Translations under genes and position numbers: made by a program
Notes under the pieces: model-generated
What the model saw: the letters and a program-made list of their open reading frames with translations, nothing else
What the model was told of the DNA's origin: nothing
Databases searched by the model: none
Origin: Mobula hypostoma
Taxonomy: Eukaryota
DNA: 64,000 nt
Reading direction: 5' to 3'
Assembly: GCF_963921235.1 (NCBI RefSeq)
Contig: NC_086097.1
Coordinates: forward strand, 26,104,001-26,168,000
Shown: in pieces, positions 51,791 through 63,305 of the stretch
Layout: the number at the start of each line of letters is the position of its first letter
Position numbering within the stretch: position 1 is the stretch's first letter

Positions 51791-52619
51791 CTGGCATTGG
51801 TTGAGAAGCTAAAACCCCAGCAACCTCTTCCCTTGCCTTCTGTACCAGCCTGAGATAAATTTCATCCAGACCACTTCAAGTCTTCTATTTATAAAGAACT
51901 GTACTAGATTTTCTTTCCCCTTCACTGAATTCTCCAACTACAGAAGTCTATTTTCTTTGTGAAAATCAATGAAAATTATTCATTCAAGACCTCATCTATA
52001 CTTTCCAGAACCAAGATCCATGCAGAAATTGCCCTGGTTGGCTATACTTTTCCTCTGGTTAATTTTTTTGTCCTTAATATATTGGTAGAACACACCTTCA
52101 GATTTACTTTCATCCTAATGCCAGTGATTTTTTGTAACCCCTCCCAATTTTCCTTTTTACCTTCATGACAGGCCTCCCCTTCATTAGTTCTCTCTGCCCG
52201 TCACATGTTTTATCTTTATTCAACCTTCAACATACCTCCAGAGCTCCTCATAGTTACTCCTGGCTCTCCTTCTTACAGGAACATGTTGGCCTTTCTGTTG
52301 TTATTTCTCCTTTGAATTCTTCCCACTATGCAGATGTAACCGGACCTGCAAGTACATGCTGCTAATCTCCTTTTGTCACGTCCTCACTCATGAACTTGCC
52401 TTAATTACTGGCCCAGCCCATAACCACCTTAAAATATAAGAAGTTATGGTCACTTGGTCCAAACTGGTCCCCCACCAACCCTCCATCCACTTGACAAGCT
52501 ACATTCTCCAAGGTGCAGTAATGTCCTTTTCCTCATTGGTCTATATACATACTACAGCAAAGAACTATCCTAGACACCTCAAAAACTCTGTGCACTCTGA
52601 GCCATAACAAGACAATTCA

Positions 52620-53125
52620 ATTTAGAATAAAGAACATTACAGCACAGTACGGACTCTTCAGCCCATGATATACAGTAGTGTCAATCTTTTAACCTACTCT
52701 AATATCAATCTAACCCTTCTCTCCTACATAACCCTCCATTTTTCTATCATCCATGTGCCTAAGGGTTTCTTAAATACTCCTAATGTATGTCTTGACCACT
52801 GATAGTACTTTCCACACACCCATCACTTTGTATGAAAAACCTACCCCTGATAACCCTCCATACTTTCCTCTAATCACATTAAAATGATGCCCCTCGCATT
52901 ATCCTTTTCTGGCTATCCACTCAATCTATGCCTCTTATTATCTTTATACACCTCCATCAAGTCACCTCTCGTCCTCTTTTGCCCTGAACAGAAAAGTCCT
53001 AGCTTCCTCAACCTATCCTTACAAAGGCATGTCCTCCAGTCCTGGTGAATGTCCTCTTCACCCGCTCTGAAGCTTCTACATTATTCCCATAATGAGGCGC
53101 CCGAATTGAACACAATGTTCGATAT
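52620..53125 (-). mobile_element. CR1 3' fragment, degenerate
   Basis: Reverse complement of a CR1 3' UTR and ORF2 end (acagcacagtac..cttcagccc, ttatacacctccatcaagtcacctctc). Confidence 0.7.
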
Positions 53126-53984
53126 TTAATATTTGAGAACCTGAAGCCCCTGGTACAGTAACATTTTTATTGCATCTCTCTGATATATGCCTAAATATCT
53201 GTTCCTCTATCTCCTGTTGACTGTAGGGAGGTCTGTACTACACTCTTACTTTCTAGTCTCTACCCATATGGCCTCATTTGAGTAGCTCTGCAGAATATCC
53301 TCCCACAACACTGAAGTAATACAACCTTTGACTATATTTCTTTCCCTTTTACTTCCCCCTGTCATGGCTGAAAATTCTGTATCCTGGGATATTGAATTAC
53401 CAGTTCTGCATATCACTTAACTACACCTCAGTGAGATCAACTAAACTGTCGACTCCCAATGGGTTAGTGTACAGAACTTGCTGTGCAACAATCTGAAAAG
53501 CTTGCAACCTATATCACCTGGAAAGATTAGACAAGCATGAGCAAAGGGGTACCCCCAAAGTCAGACACCACCTTGCTTCAGTATTGAAGCAAAAATCCTA
53601 AACTCAACACCACTGGGAGTACTTTCTCCACAATAACTGGCATGTTTCATCATCTTCAAGAACAATTACCAATTGATAAAAAGTTGGCCCCACTTCCCTG
53701 AAGGAACACCATTCTTTGTGCAGAATTAACCATCGAATTATCAGGTTATACAGAGAAGTATGTGAATGCACTATAGTAATTTGAATTTTGTGTCAATTCA
53801 TTGAACAAAATAAAAAAAATTAAAAATAAATCTGACTAATTATTCATGTTGAAGATTCAAGTGAAACAATGATAAATTTTGACAATGAGACCAATTTTGG
53901 CATTCACTTAACACTGGAACTGAAGTTTCTAGGGCATCCATCAATTTCTTTGCCTGCAAGAAAATGAATCCCACAGTAACATAT

Positions 53985-54779
53985 ATGTGAGGTACTGCAT
54001 TTTGGAAGGACAAATCAAGGTAGAACATACACAGTAAATGGCAGGGCACTGAGGAGTGCGGAGGAACAAAAAGATCTGGGAGTTCAGATACATAATTCCC
54101 TGAAAGTGGCGTCACAGGTAGACAGGGTTGTAAAGAAGGCTTTTGGCATCCTGGCATTCATAAATCAAAGTATTCAGTACTGTATAGGAGTTGGGATGTT
54201 ATGGGGAGGTTGTATAAGACATTGGTGAGGCCAAATTTGGAGTATTGTGTACAGTTCTGGTCACCTAACTATAGTAAGGATATCAATAAGATTGAAAGAG
54301 TGCAGAGAAGATTTACTAGGATGCTGCTGGGTCTTCAGGAGTTGAGTTACAGGGAAAGACTGAACAGGTTAGGACTTTATTCCTTGGAGTGTAGAAGAAT
54401 GAGGGCAGATTTGATAGAGGTTTACAAAATTATGAGGGGTATAGACAGAGTAAATGTGAATAGGCTCTTTCCACTTAGATTAGGAGAGATAAATACGAGA
54501 GGACATGGCTTTAGGGTGAAAGGGGAAGGTTTAGGGCGAACATTAGGGGGAACTTCTTCACTCAGAGAGTGGTGGGAGTGTGGAACAAGCGGCCATCTGA
54601 CGTGGTAAATGCGAGCTCACTCTCAAGTTTTAAGAATAAATTGGATAGGTATATGGATGGGAGAGGTCTGTTGGGTTATGGACTGGATGCAGGTTAATGG
54701 GGCTAGCGGAATAATGTTTTGGCACAGACTGGAAGGGCCGAATAGCCTGTTTTCTGTGCTGTAGTGTTCTATGGTTCTA
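53985..54779 (+). mobile_element. CR1 LINE 3' fragment
   Basis: ORF 54201-54608 LYKTLVRPNLEYCVQFWSP...TRGHGFRV. The tail is gtgttctatggttcta. Confidence 0.9.
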
Positions 54780-54879
54780 CTTTGATAATAAATTTACTTT
54801 GAACTTCTTCCGTGACATTGTCAGAGAACAACACTCCACTTTCAGCATGCTGGGCCCTGAACACCAGAAAAAGTGTGAT

Positions 54880-55475
54880 CTCTGAGTATCTGCCAGAAAA
54901 AGCAGGGATCTCCCAGTGGCCACCCATTTTAATTCCACTTCCTATTCCCATAGTGATAAGTCAGTTCATGGCCTCCTCTAATGATGTGATGAGGCCACAC
55001 CCAGGTTGGAGGAGCAACCTTATATTCCTCCAACCTGATGGCATGAACATAGACTTCTCAAACTTCTGGTAATGCCCCCCCCCAACCAATTCACCATTCC
55101 CCTCTCACCTTATCTCCTTACCTGCCCATCACCTCCCTCCCTCAGGTGCTCCTTCCCCTTATCTTTTTTCCATGGTCTTCTGTCCTGTCCTATCAGATTC
55201 CCCCTTCTCCAACCCTCTATCCCTTTCACCAATCACTTCCCAGCTCTCTACTTCACCCCTCTCCCCACCACCCAGTTTCACCCATCACCTTGCAGTTCTT
55301 CCTTCCCTCCGCCACCTTCTTACTCTGACTCCATCTTTTTTTCAACCCTGATGAAGGGCCTCGGCCTGAAACATCAACTGTACTCTTTTCCATAGATGCT
55401 GCCTGGCCTGCTGAGTTCCTCCAGCATTTTGTGTGTATTACCTGGATTTCCAGCAACTGCAGATTTTCTCATTTG
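54880..55475 (+). mobile_element. Penelope-like element 3' fragment with partly decayed hammerhead (55348-55380)
   Basis: DLPVATHFNSTS and LQPDGMNIDFSNF (GIY-YIG C-terminus), followed by CTGATGA-AGGGCCTCGGCCT-GAAACATC. Confidence 0.85.
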
Positions 55476-58263
55476 TGCTTGAACTTCCTGCCATAATTTA
55501 CCATCTACAGAGCAGCCCCACTGCAATTCATAATCTGGTTCAAGTTTTGATCAGTGGTATCTCTGAACATGGGACAAGGTACAAAGTTTTTAAAAAATAA
55601 ATACATCAAAATTTTAAGTTACTGCAAAACTAAAAATTAGGGGGAAAAAATCTAGAAACAGAAAATTCTGGAAATACTCAGCACACCTGACTTCTGCAGA
55701 AAGAAAAATAGAGTTAATGTTTTTAGTCAAAGATCCTTTGAATACTACAAAACAATTGCTCCTCATGTTCCATTAGCAAATATGCACAGATGATCTGGCA
55801 CAAGGTTTTACCATCTTTGAAAACAGGAAACAGAAGTTTCTTGCCCTTAACTTCAGACCATTTGTAACAGGGGGTGGAATTTCCCAAAGGAACAATTATG
55901 TAGAATGGCCTAAAGATGTGTTTACTTATTAGAAGGTATCTAAGCTATCGAATAGAAATTGCAAAAGCTTCACAAGTAAACCCAGCTCCTGAACAACAAC
56001 TCACTTAACAACATTTCCATTAGTCATAGTCTGCTTAGTGTGATTCAACCATACTTTGCTCCATTAGCCAAGCACAAGTTTACCTGCCATTCTTTTGTCA
56101 GCCTCATTCCAGTATTGTACGTCACTGAACTTCAACACATCATTTGAAGAGCTCTAGAACGTGCATGATGCAAATCACCTTACCACTTACTAAACCCTCA
56201 AGCTTAGTATCTATTTTACTACCCATGTTGTCAATCAGGCAAAAATTAATTAAACTGGCAACTTCACACTCCCACTCCTTAGAATACCAAACCAGTATAA
56301 AGCAATCCTTAACTGGTATCTCATCTAATATGCATACTTTCATGCACCATCTACATAGGTGATTGCAGAAAGGTTTCCTCAACAGGGTTGGAAAATGCTA
56401 TGATATATGAACAACACATGCAAACTTCCCTTCTGCCTAGAAATCCAACACCATCTCTTCATAACCCTGGAATTTACTGCTTAACTGCTTTGTGGGAGGT
56501 GTATTACCACAAACCACAGCGATTCTCATGGAAAATTAAGAATGGTTATTAAATGTCACTAGCAAGACAAACTTAACATTGTTTTGTGTCAAACTCACCA
56601 GTATTAATGAAGAAAATAATAAAAATTTGAAAAAAAATTCAATGATATCCTACAATGTTGTTAGTATAATAGGAATAATTTTGAATGAGTAAAAAAATTT
56701 ATATCAAACACTCATAATGCATCCCTCAATTTTTATTTCTATTGCCTTTCAGTATTCCAATGTATAATTTTCCCACAATGCAAAACAAAAATCAGAATCA
56801 GATTTAATATCCCTGACATATGTTGTGAAATGTGTTGTATTTTTGGCAGTACAGTGCAATACATAAAAATACTCTAAATTACAATATATGTAAAATTAAA
56901 TTAAATAGGTAGTGTAAAAAGAGCAAAAATAGGGAGGTAGTGTTCAAGGGTTGATTCATTGACTGCTCAGAAATCTGATGGCAGAGGAGAGAAAAAGCAG
57001 TTTCCAAAATGTTGAGTATGTGCCTTCAGGCTCCTGTACCTCCTCCCTGATGGCAGTAATGAGAAGAGGGTATGCCCTGGGTGATGGGAGTTCCTTAATG
57101 ACAATGCATGCTGCCTTTTTGAGGCATCACTTTTAAAGACAACCCTGCATTTCATTTTCTTACAGGCAATCACAGTAAATACAAGAAACACAATAGAATC
57201 AATGGAAAACACCAATGAAAAACTTATAATTACTATCTCTAATAACTTTGTGGTGTTAATATCATTAAGCATCCGAGCTAGATAACAACAGTATTCTGAA
57301 AGTTGTAAACAAGATGTCTATTAGTTCACTGAGAATAATTAATGTCCTCACCCCACCCCACAGTCTCATTCACCAGTTTAATACCTTTATGAGAAAGGTA
57401 AAAATCTTCAAACTATGTCTCAGAGGAATTGTTTCATGACAGAAGAAACAGACGCATTCTTTTCTGAGAGACTGTGGGCGTAGATTTAATGTCAGTATCA
57501 TATAGCACTAGCTAAGGATCAAATTCATTCTCTCTGCTAGCAAGACACTTGACACTACGCATGTTCAAGTGGTGGTGCACCAAAATGCACTTGCAAAACA
57601 GTATTGAAAAACAGGGAAGTAGCTCCAATTTACCATGTCAGTTGCCAGATTTTGAAACTTTGTTGCTTTTAGAAGCAAGTATGATCTCAGCAAAAGTCTC
57701 AGATTAAAATAAAAATTTAGTGCATCAGTGCTAAAAGTTAATCAGACTTCTCCTTCCCGCCCCCCACTCCCAAGTTTGCTCAGAAGAAAATCCTCCTTCC
57801 TTTGACCTTGTTTCTGCACGTCATTTCAAATTCATTGATCAAATAGTCCACCAATTCCAGAATATTTACATTCCGGAAATTTGAAGAAACAAGAAGAATA
57901 AAGTTTGGTAATTGCACTATATCAGTTTTTGATAACTTGCTCATTGTCATAAACAAGGCCAGATCCAAAGCTCGAACATATTCAAACATATTCAGTGGGT
58001 CAAACAGCATGGAGGTGGGGAGAATTGGGGTGGGGGGAGGAACTGTCAACATTTCAGTTCGAAATCCTTCAAAGGAGGAGGACAATTTTTAAACTGTGGT
58101 GCTATTGTTGCATCCAGCGGGGGAGCCAAGAGTTGATACCTGAATATGATTTGGTGTAAGTTAGGATAAGGGAACAGAGCTTTGGATAGGGAGAAACAAG
58201 AGACTGCGCACAGAGTATGGAGTGGCAATGTTCGAAGGAACTCAGCAGGTCATGCAGTATATG

Positions 58264-59173
58264 ACTTGGTGTGCATGCGCCTGTCATGCATGCAGCCTAT
58301 GTTTTGTATTTTTTTTTCACGGTAACACGTCGAAGCTGCACCCTCTCTAACATGCTGGTAGAGAGAATTTTATTTGGGTTTTTAGCACTGGAAATAGTTA
58401 CATTCTGACACGTCTCATTAGCGGGACAGAAGCATGGTCGCATTGTGTATTCCAGGGACCAGCTGATTGAGCTTATGCCGGCTGGTTTAGCGAGCAGAGC
58501 GGCGGACACCCCTGCTGAAATCTGTAGGAAAACACACAGAGGATGCAGAGGGGGGTCACAAAGGCGAGGAATGAGGACCGGTTCGAGACAGCAGAGACTT
58601 ATGGAGAAGAGGAGTTCGGTGGATAATAAAATGGACGAGTTCACGGCGCTAGCCAGGCATCAGAGAACATTTCAGGAGTGCAGAGTTATGTGTTTCACTG
58701 GAACGGGGCTGCACGAGGACATACCCGATCAAAACTTTTCCATGGACGGCTTCCAGACCGTTCGGGCTGACCAGAAGTGCACTAAGAGCGGTAAGCGTAA
58801 AGGAGTTGGGTGCTTACTGTTCTGGTTAACAACAGATGGTGCAATCCAGGTCATATTACGATCAAAGAACGTGTTTGTAGACCGGATATTGAACTTTTTA
58901 CTGTTGGACTTCAGCCATATTCCACCAAGATACAACACTGGGCAGCACGGAGGTCGTTCCTGCCTGTGGCCATCGAACTTGCAGGTCCTCCCGTGGAGGG
59001 TCAGACACCCTGAGCCAATAGACTGGTCCTGGACTTATTTTCCATCTGGCATAGTTTGCATTTTGTTGTTTGATTGTTTGTGGTTTTTGTATTGTTATAT
59101 TTATGCTCTACTCTTGGTTGGTGCGGCTGTAATGAAATCCAATTTCCCTCGAGATCAATAAAGTATATCTATC
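58264..59173 (+). mobile_element. Internally deleted Rex1/Babar-type LINE retaining both 5' and 3' ends
   Basis: The 5' part encodes YSRDQLI...NKMDE...RVMCFT.T.L...DGF...RAD (endonuclease N-terminus). It is joined near 58921 to RSFLPVAIEL plus 3' UTR, AATAAA and a (TATC)n tail. Candidate TSD TATATG (58258-58263, 59174-59179). Confidence 0.78.
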
Positions 59174-59481
59174 TATATGTGGACCCCTGATAATGATCTT
59201 GAGCTGAAATGTTGATTCTTTTCCTCATGCCACACCCCACACACAGATGCTGCTTGACCCAGAGTTCCTCCAGCAGATTTTGTTGTTCATAAATACACAT
59301 GTAAAAATATGCACACAAGTAAAAAGATTCCAAAGGACTTAATAATTGATTGAGAATTCAAACAGTTGTTATATATATTAAAAAAAACAACAGGAATTCT
59401 GCAGATGCTGGAAATTCAAGCAACACACATCAAAGTTGCTGGTGAACGCAGCAGGCCAAGCAGCATCTGTAGGAAGAGGTG

Positions 59482-59519
59482 CAGTCGACGTTTCAGGCCG
59501 AGACCCTTCGTCAGGACTA
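59482..59519 (-). ncRNA. Minimal type I hammerhead ribozyme motif, intact core
   Basis: Minus strand UAGUC-CUGACGA-AGGGUCUCGGCCU-GAAAC-GUC^GACUG. Stem I is UAGUC/GACUG, the core is CUGANGA and GAAA, stem II is AGG/CCU, stem III is reduced to the palindrome ACGU, and the cleavage triplet is GUC (cut predicted between 59487 and 59486). Confidence 0.85.
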
Positions 59520-60082
59520 ACTGAAGGAAGAGTGAGTAAGGGATTTGAAAGTTGGAGGGGGAGGGGGAGATCCAAAATGATAGGAGAAGACAGGAGGGGG
59601 AGGGATAGAGCCAAGAGCTGGACAGGTGATAGGCAAAAGGGGATACGAGAGGATCATGGGACAGGAGGTCCAGGAAGAAAGACGGGGGGGGGGAACCCAG
59701 AGGATGGGCAAGAGGTATATTCAGAGGGACAGAGGGAGAAAAAGGAGAGTGAGAGAAAGAATGTGTGCATAAAAATAAGTAACAGATGGGGTACGAGGGG
59801 GAGGTGGGGCCTAGCGGAGGTTGGAGAAGTCGATGTTCATGCCATCAGGTTGGAGGCTACCCAGACGGAATATAAGGTGTTGTTCCTCCAACCTGAGTGT
59901 GGCTTCACCTTTACAGTAGAGGAGGACGTGGATAGACATGTCAGAATGGGAATGGGATGTGGAATTAAAATGTGTGGCCACTGGGAGATCCTGCTTTCTC
60001 TGGCGGACAGAGCGTAGATGGTCAGCAAAGCGGTCCCCCTCCCCCTCCAACTTTCAAATCCCTTACTCACTCTTCCTTCAGT

Positions 60083-60120
60083 TAGTCCTGACGAAGGGTC
60101 TCAGCCTAAAACGTCGACTG
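60083..60120 (+). ncRNA. Hammerhead motif copy with mutated core (GAAA to AAAA)
   Basis: TAGTC-CTGACGA-AGGGTCTCAGCCT-AAAAC-GTC-GACTG. The catalytic G12 is replaced by A. Confidence 0.75.
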
Positions 60121-62323
60121 CACCTCTTCCTACAGATGCTGCTTGGCCTGCTGCATTCACCAGCAACTTTGATGTGTGTTGTTATATATATTACATTGTT
60201 ATTATATTTCGCATTCTGCATTTGAGACATTTACAATTGCAACAAGTAGATTAATTTAAGTACTAATTTAAGTACTAAGGTCAATCCCCTTACACTTAGT
60301 GGAATTTCAACTGTCACAAAAGAGATACATTAGAGATAAAGGAAATGATGATAAATTTATTTAATCCATCTGTGCAGAATGAACAACCATACACGTTAAG
60401 GGACTGGAGTGATTAAATGCAGAACTACTTAAGTGAGAGGAATACATGCAATATCAAATTGAAGCTACAAAGACATGAGAGACTCTATAGAATTTATTAC
60501 ATTAAAAATAAACATCTGTGGAACACACAGACTGGTTTAGGATATTCAGAAATCTGTGAAATAAATTCTGCTATTAGACAAATCACAGGAAAATCACAAG
60601 AAAATTTGATAAAGGTAATTGCTACAGTGGATGAATGGTACTCATTTCCTGTGTAATAATGCATTTCAACATGATAATGAACTAACTTCTATTTAGTTAC
60701 TTTTCCTAAGTACATAGACAATTGTGCTTTTTTGTTATTCCTTCAAGTGTTATTTTCTGAAACTAAAAGGACATTGAAAATGTATTGTAGTTACCATGCA
60801 AAATTCAAGAGAATTGCAATTTACTAATACATAATTTTCTTGATAAAAAATTTGATGACTAAGTTTATTTCCTTTTTCCTTTTTAAACATTAGTCTCCAT
60901 CACTTTCTAATATTTCAGCAGCCCCCCCATTTTCAGTACAATGATCAAAGATGAAAACATACAATGCCCTTATATTTATTGTCATATTGCTGACAAATTG
61001 TTGAATAGGTGTTATTAAGACTTGTAACCAAAGAAAGCAGTTGGCCAAAAAAGTATTACAGCACTTAAACAGAAACAGAAACAAATTGAGAAAGGAATAG
61101 AAGTAAAGGAATAAAAGTAAAGGATGGGAGGTGGGGGGTAAAAATGGGTGGAGGTTAAAGATATGAAAGGGTTTGTGCAGAACTTGCATATCAGTGTACA
61201 GTAGCTGTACAGAAAAGCTTATTTCTGTCCATCTTGTGTAAAATCTCTCCATCTAAAAATGATGCTATCATTTCAACAGAATATTTCTTTAAAAGATAAT
61301 ATACTATCGCCATCTGCCACAGACCTGCTTCTATTTGCTCTTTCCTGTATATTTTTTTCAAAAATCTCAAGTGCTTCACTTGAAAGAAAATATTTGCATT
61401 TCTATACATCAACAACTTTTAGCAATCAACTTGAGCCACTGCATGAAAGTGCCCCAATATGTCTATTTCAACTTTGTAAAACACATTTGAATTGGAACAG
61501 GCAGCAATTTTAAAAATTGTAAATCTGAATGACTGGAGAGGGGGAAAGGAGGCTAAATAGGTTTTCATTCACTGATTTGCTTCCACTACACCATTTTCTC
61601 GATCCCCATCAAAATCACAGCTAATATTCCAAACAGAGCTACATTTTAAATCTACAGTGATTACAAACCCACCTTTGAATACACTGCCCTCACAGAAGCC
61701 AAACCAACACAGAAAGACAATCCTAGATATTCAGATCATTTTACTTTATTTGACTTCACCTCCACGTTAAATTTAGTCTCCAGAGCACAACCATGACAAA
61801 ACGGAAGCCACAATTATATCAGGAAATTAGCACATTTCCTTCAGTTTTATTTATGTAGCACTGTTATATGGCACACATCACCCGTCAAAACAATAAACTA
61901 TAACATGGTCACTTTTTTTTTGTGCCGAGATTCATCATACCACAATTTCTTATTTGGAAATGTGATTAGTCAGCCTTGTAATTTCCCAACAGATCTGTTG
62001 CGTTGCTTAATTTTGATTTCATTTTGTTAACTACGTCTTTTAAATTAAGCCAATACTTCACATTTGAATGCCGACGAACAAAAATCAATAATCGCTTTTC
62101 TAACTACTCCTTGAACGTGATTTAAGTCTTTGTACGGATTAATGTGTTCACAGTTTGATTGTCCAAATACGATTAACTTGAGAGGAGTTTTGGAGTTGAG
62201 TAAACTGAAGAGGGAGGTGCACTAGGACCACAGCCCCCTCGGCACAGATGGCGTAACCTGCTCCCACAAACAAACACAAACAGACAGGGTGGGGAAAGGA
62301 AATGTTTTCCCTCTAACATTTAC

Positions 62324-62710
62324 CTCGGTCTCAGCACTGGATCAGGCCGGGCTCCATCGCCACTCACGGACCGGGTGCCCAGTAGCAGCTCACGGGGAAA
62401 CCACTCCTCAAAAACATTTCAAAAGCAGAGCGTGCGCTGCATCTCCCAACCCGCTCCAACACCGCACGCGCCGCTTGTTGCCTTGACTCCCAGTAGCCGA
62501 GCGCTCCCATTGGTCTCGCGCCTTATGGTTCTCGATTGGTCAACGCATCAACCCCCTTCCCTCCCTCCGGATTTCATTGGCCTAATGGCTTGCCTCTCGG
62601 TTCTGTGATTGGCCAATGTCCTGCCCGCTCGCCACATTTGTCAAAGCGTTCAGCCAATCGTTCTCCGACCGCGTCGACTTTACCTGGTTAAGGTGTGTCA
62701 GGTGAGTGAC
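62324..62710 (-). promoter_or_regulatory. Candidate promoter and non-coding first exon of STON2 (CpG-enriched, multiple CCAAT boxes)
   Basis: The only clearly non-repeat CpG-rich patch in the window. ATTGG at 62509, 62535, 62576 and 62608; CCAAT at 62613 and 62654. Minus-strand donors GAG|GTAAAT (intron from 62323) and TCC|GTGAGT (from 62367). The link to STON2 is inferred from position and orientation. Confidence 0.65.
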
Positions 62711-62789
62711 TTTAAAGGAAATGTCAACATGCAGGGTCAAATTCAAAAGTAAATATATTATCTAACTACGTATGTGACACAAAAGTTGG

Positions 62790-63305
62790 GTGTGGTGGAT
62801 AGTCTAGAGGGTTGTCAGCTGAAAAGGGGCAGATGGAGTTCAACCCAGATAAGTGTGAAGTGGTTCATTTTGGTAGGTCGTATTTGAAGACTGAATATAA
62901 CTCTAAGACTCGAGGCAGTGTGGAGAATCAGCGAGGTCTTGTGTCCAATGGACACTCAAAGCTGCTGCGCAGGTTTGTTAAGAAGGCTTATGGCGTGATA
63001 GCCTTCATCCTGTGAGGTAATGTTACAGCTACATAAAGCCTTAGTTAGACCCCCCACTTGGAGTACTGTGTTCAGTTCTGGTCACCTCACTACAGGAAGG
63101 ATGTGGATACTATATACAGAGTGCAGAGGAAATTTTCAAGCCTGGATTGAAGAGCGTGCCTTATGAGAATAGGTTGAGTGAACTTGGCCTTTTCTCCTTG
63201 GAGCAATGAAGATGAGAGGTGTATAAGATGGATGAAAAGAGGCATTGATCGTGGGATAGCTTGAGGCTTTTTCCCAGAGCTGAAATGGTTAACACTGGGG
63301 GGCAT
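62790..63305 (+). mobile_element. CR1 fragment, degenerate
   Basis: QMEFNPDKCEVVHFGR, VKKAYG and HLEYCVQFWSPHYRKD. Confidence 0.82.

Larger units (their letters stand above)
59381..60180 (-). mobile_element. Young Penelope-like retroelement insertion: GIY-YIG C-terminus, 3' terminal repeat and an inverted partial terminal repeat
   Basis: ORF DRFADHLRSVRQRKQDLPVATHFNSTSHSHSDMSI...LRLEEQHLIFRLGSLQPDGMNIDF. Region 60034-60181 is an inverted copy of about 59421-59569. 16-bp flanking direct repeat GTTGTTATATATATTA (59365-59380, 60178-60193). Confidence 0.92.

Noticed and set aside
56084..56153. Possible extra non-coding STON2 exon (TAG acceptor, CAG|GTAAAC donor on the minus strand)
   Set aside because: Weak polypyrimidine tract and no other support; cannot be told from chance without RNA data.
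58445..59161. 238-aa ORF as a novel host protein
   Set aside because: The N-terminal part is LINE endonuclease sequence. The remainder is out-of-frame read-through into the LINE 3' UTR.
59436..60017. 193-aa plus-strand ORF
   Set aside because: Antisense to the Penelope element; no independent evidence of coding.
60083..60120. Second hammerhead as an active ribozyme
   Set aside because: Core GAAA reads AAAA (G12 lost). Copies near 40077, 46895-46925, 55348 and 59187 also have broken cores or stems.
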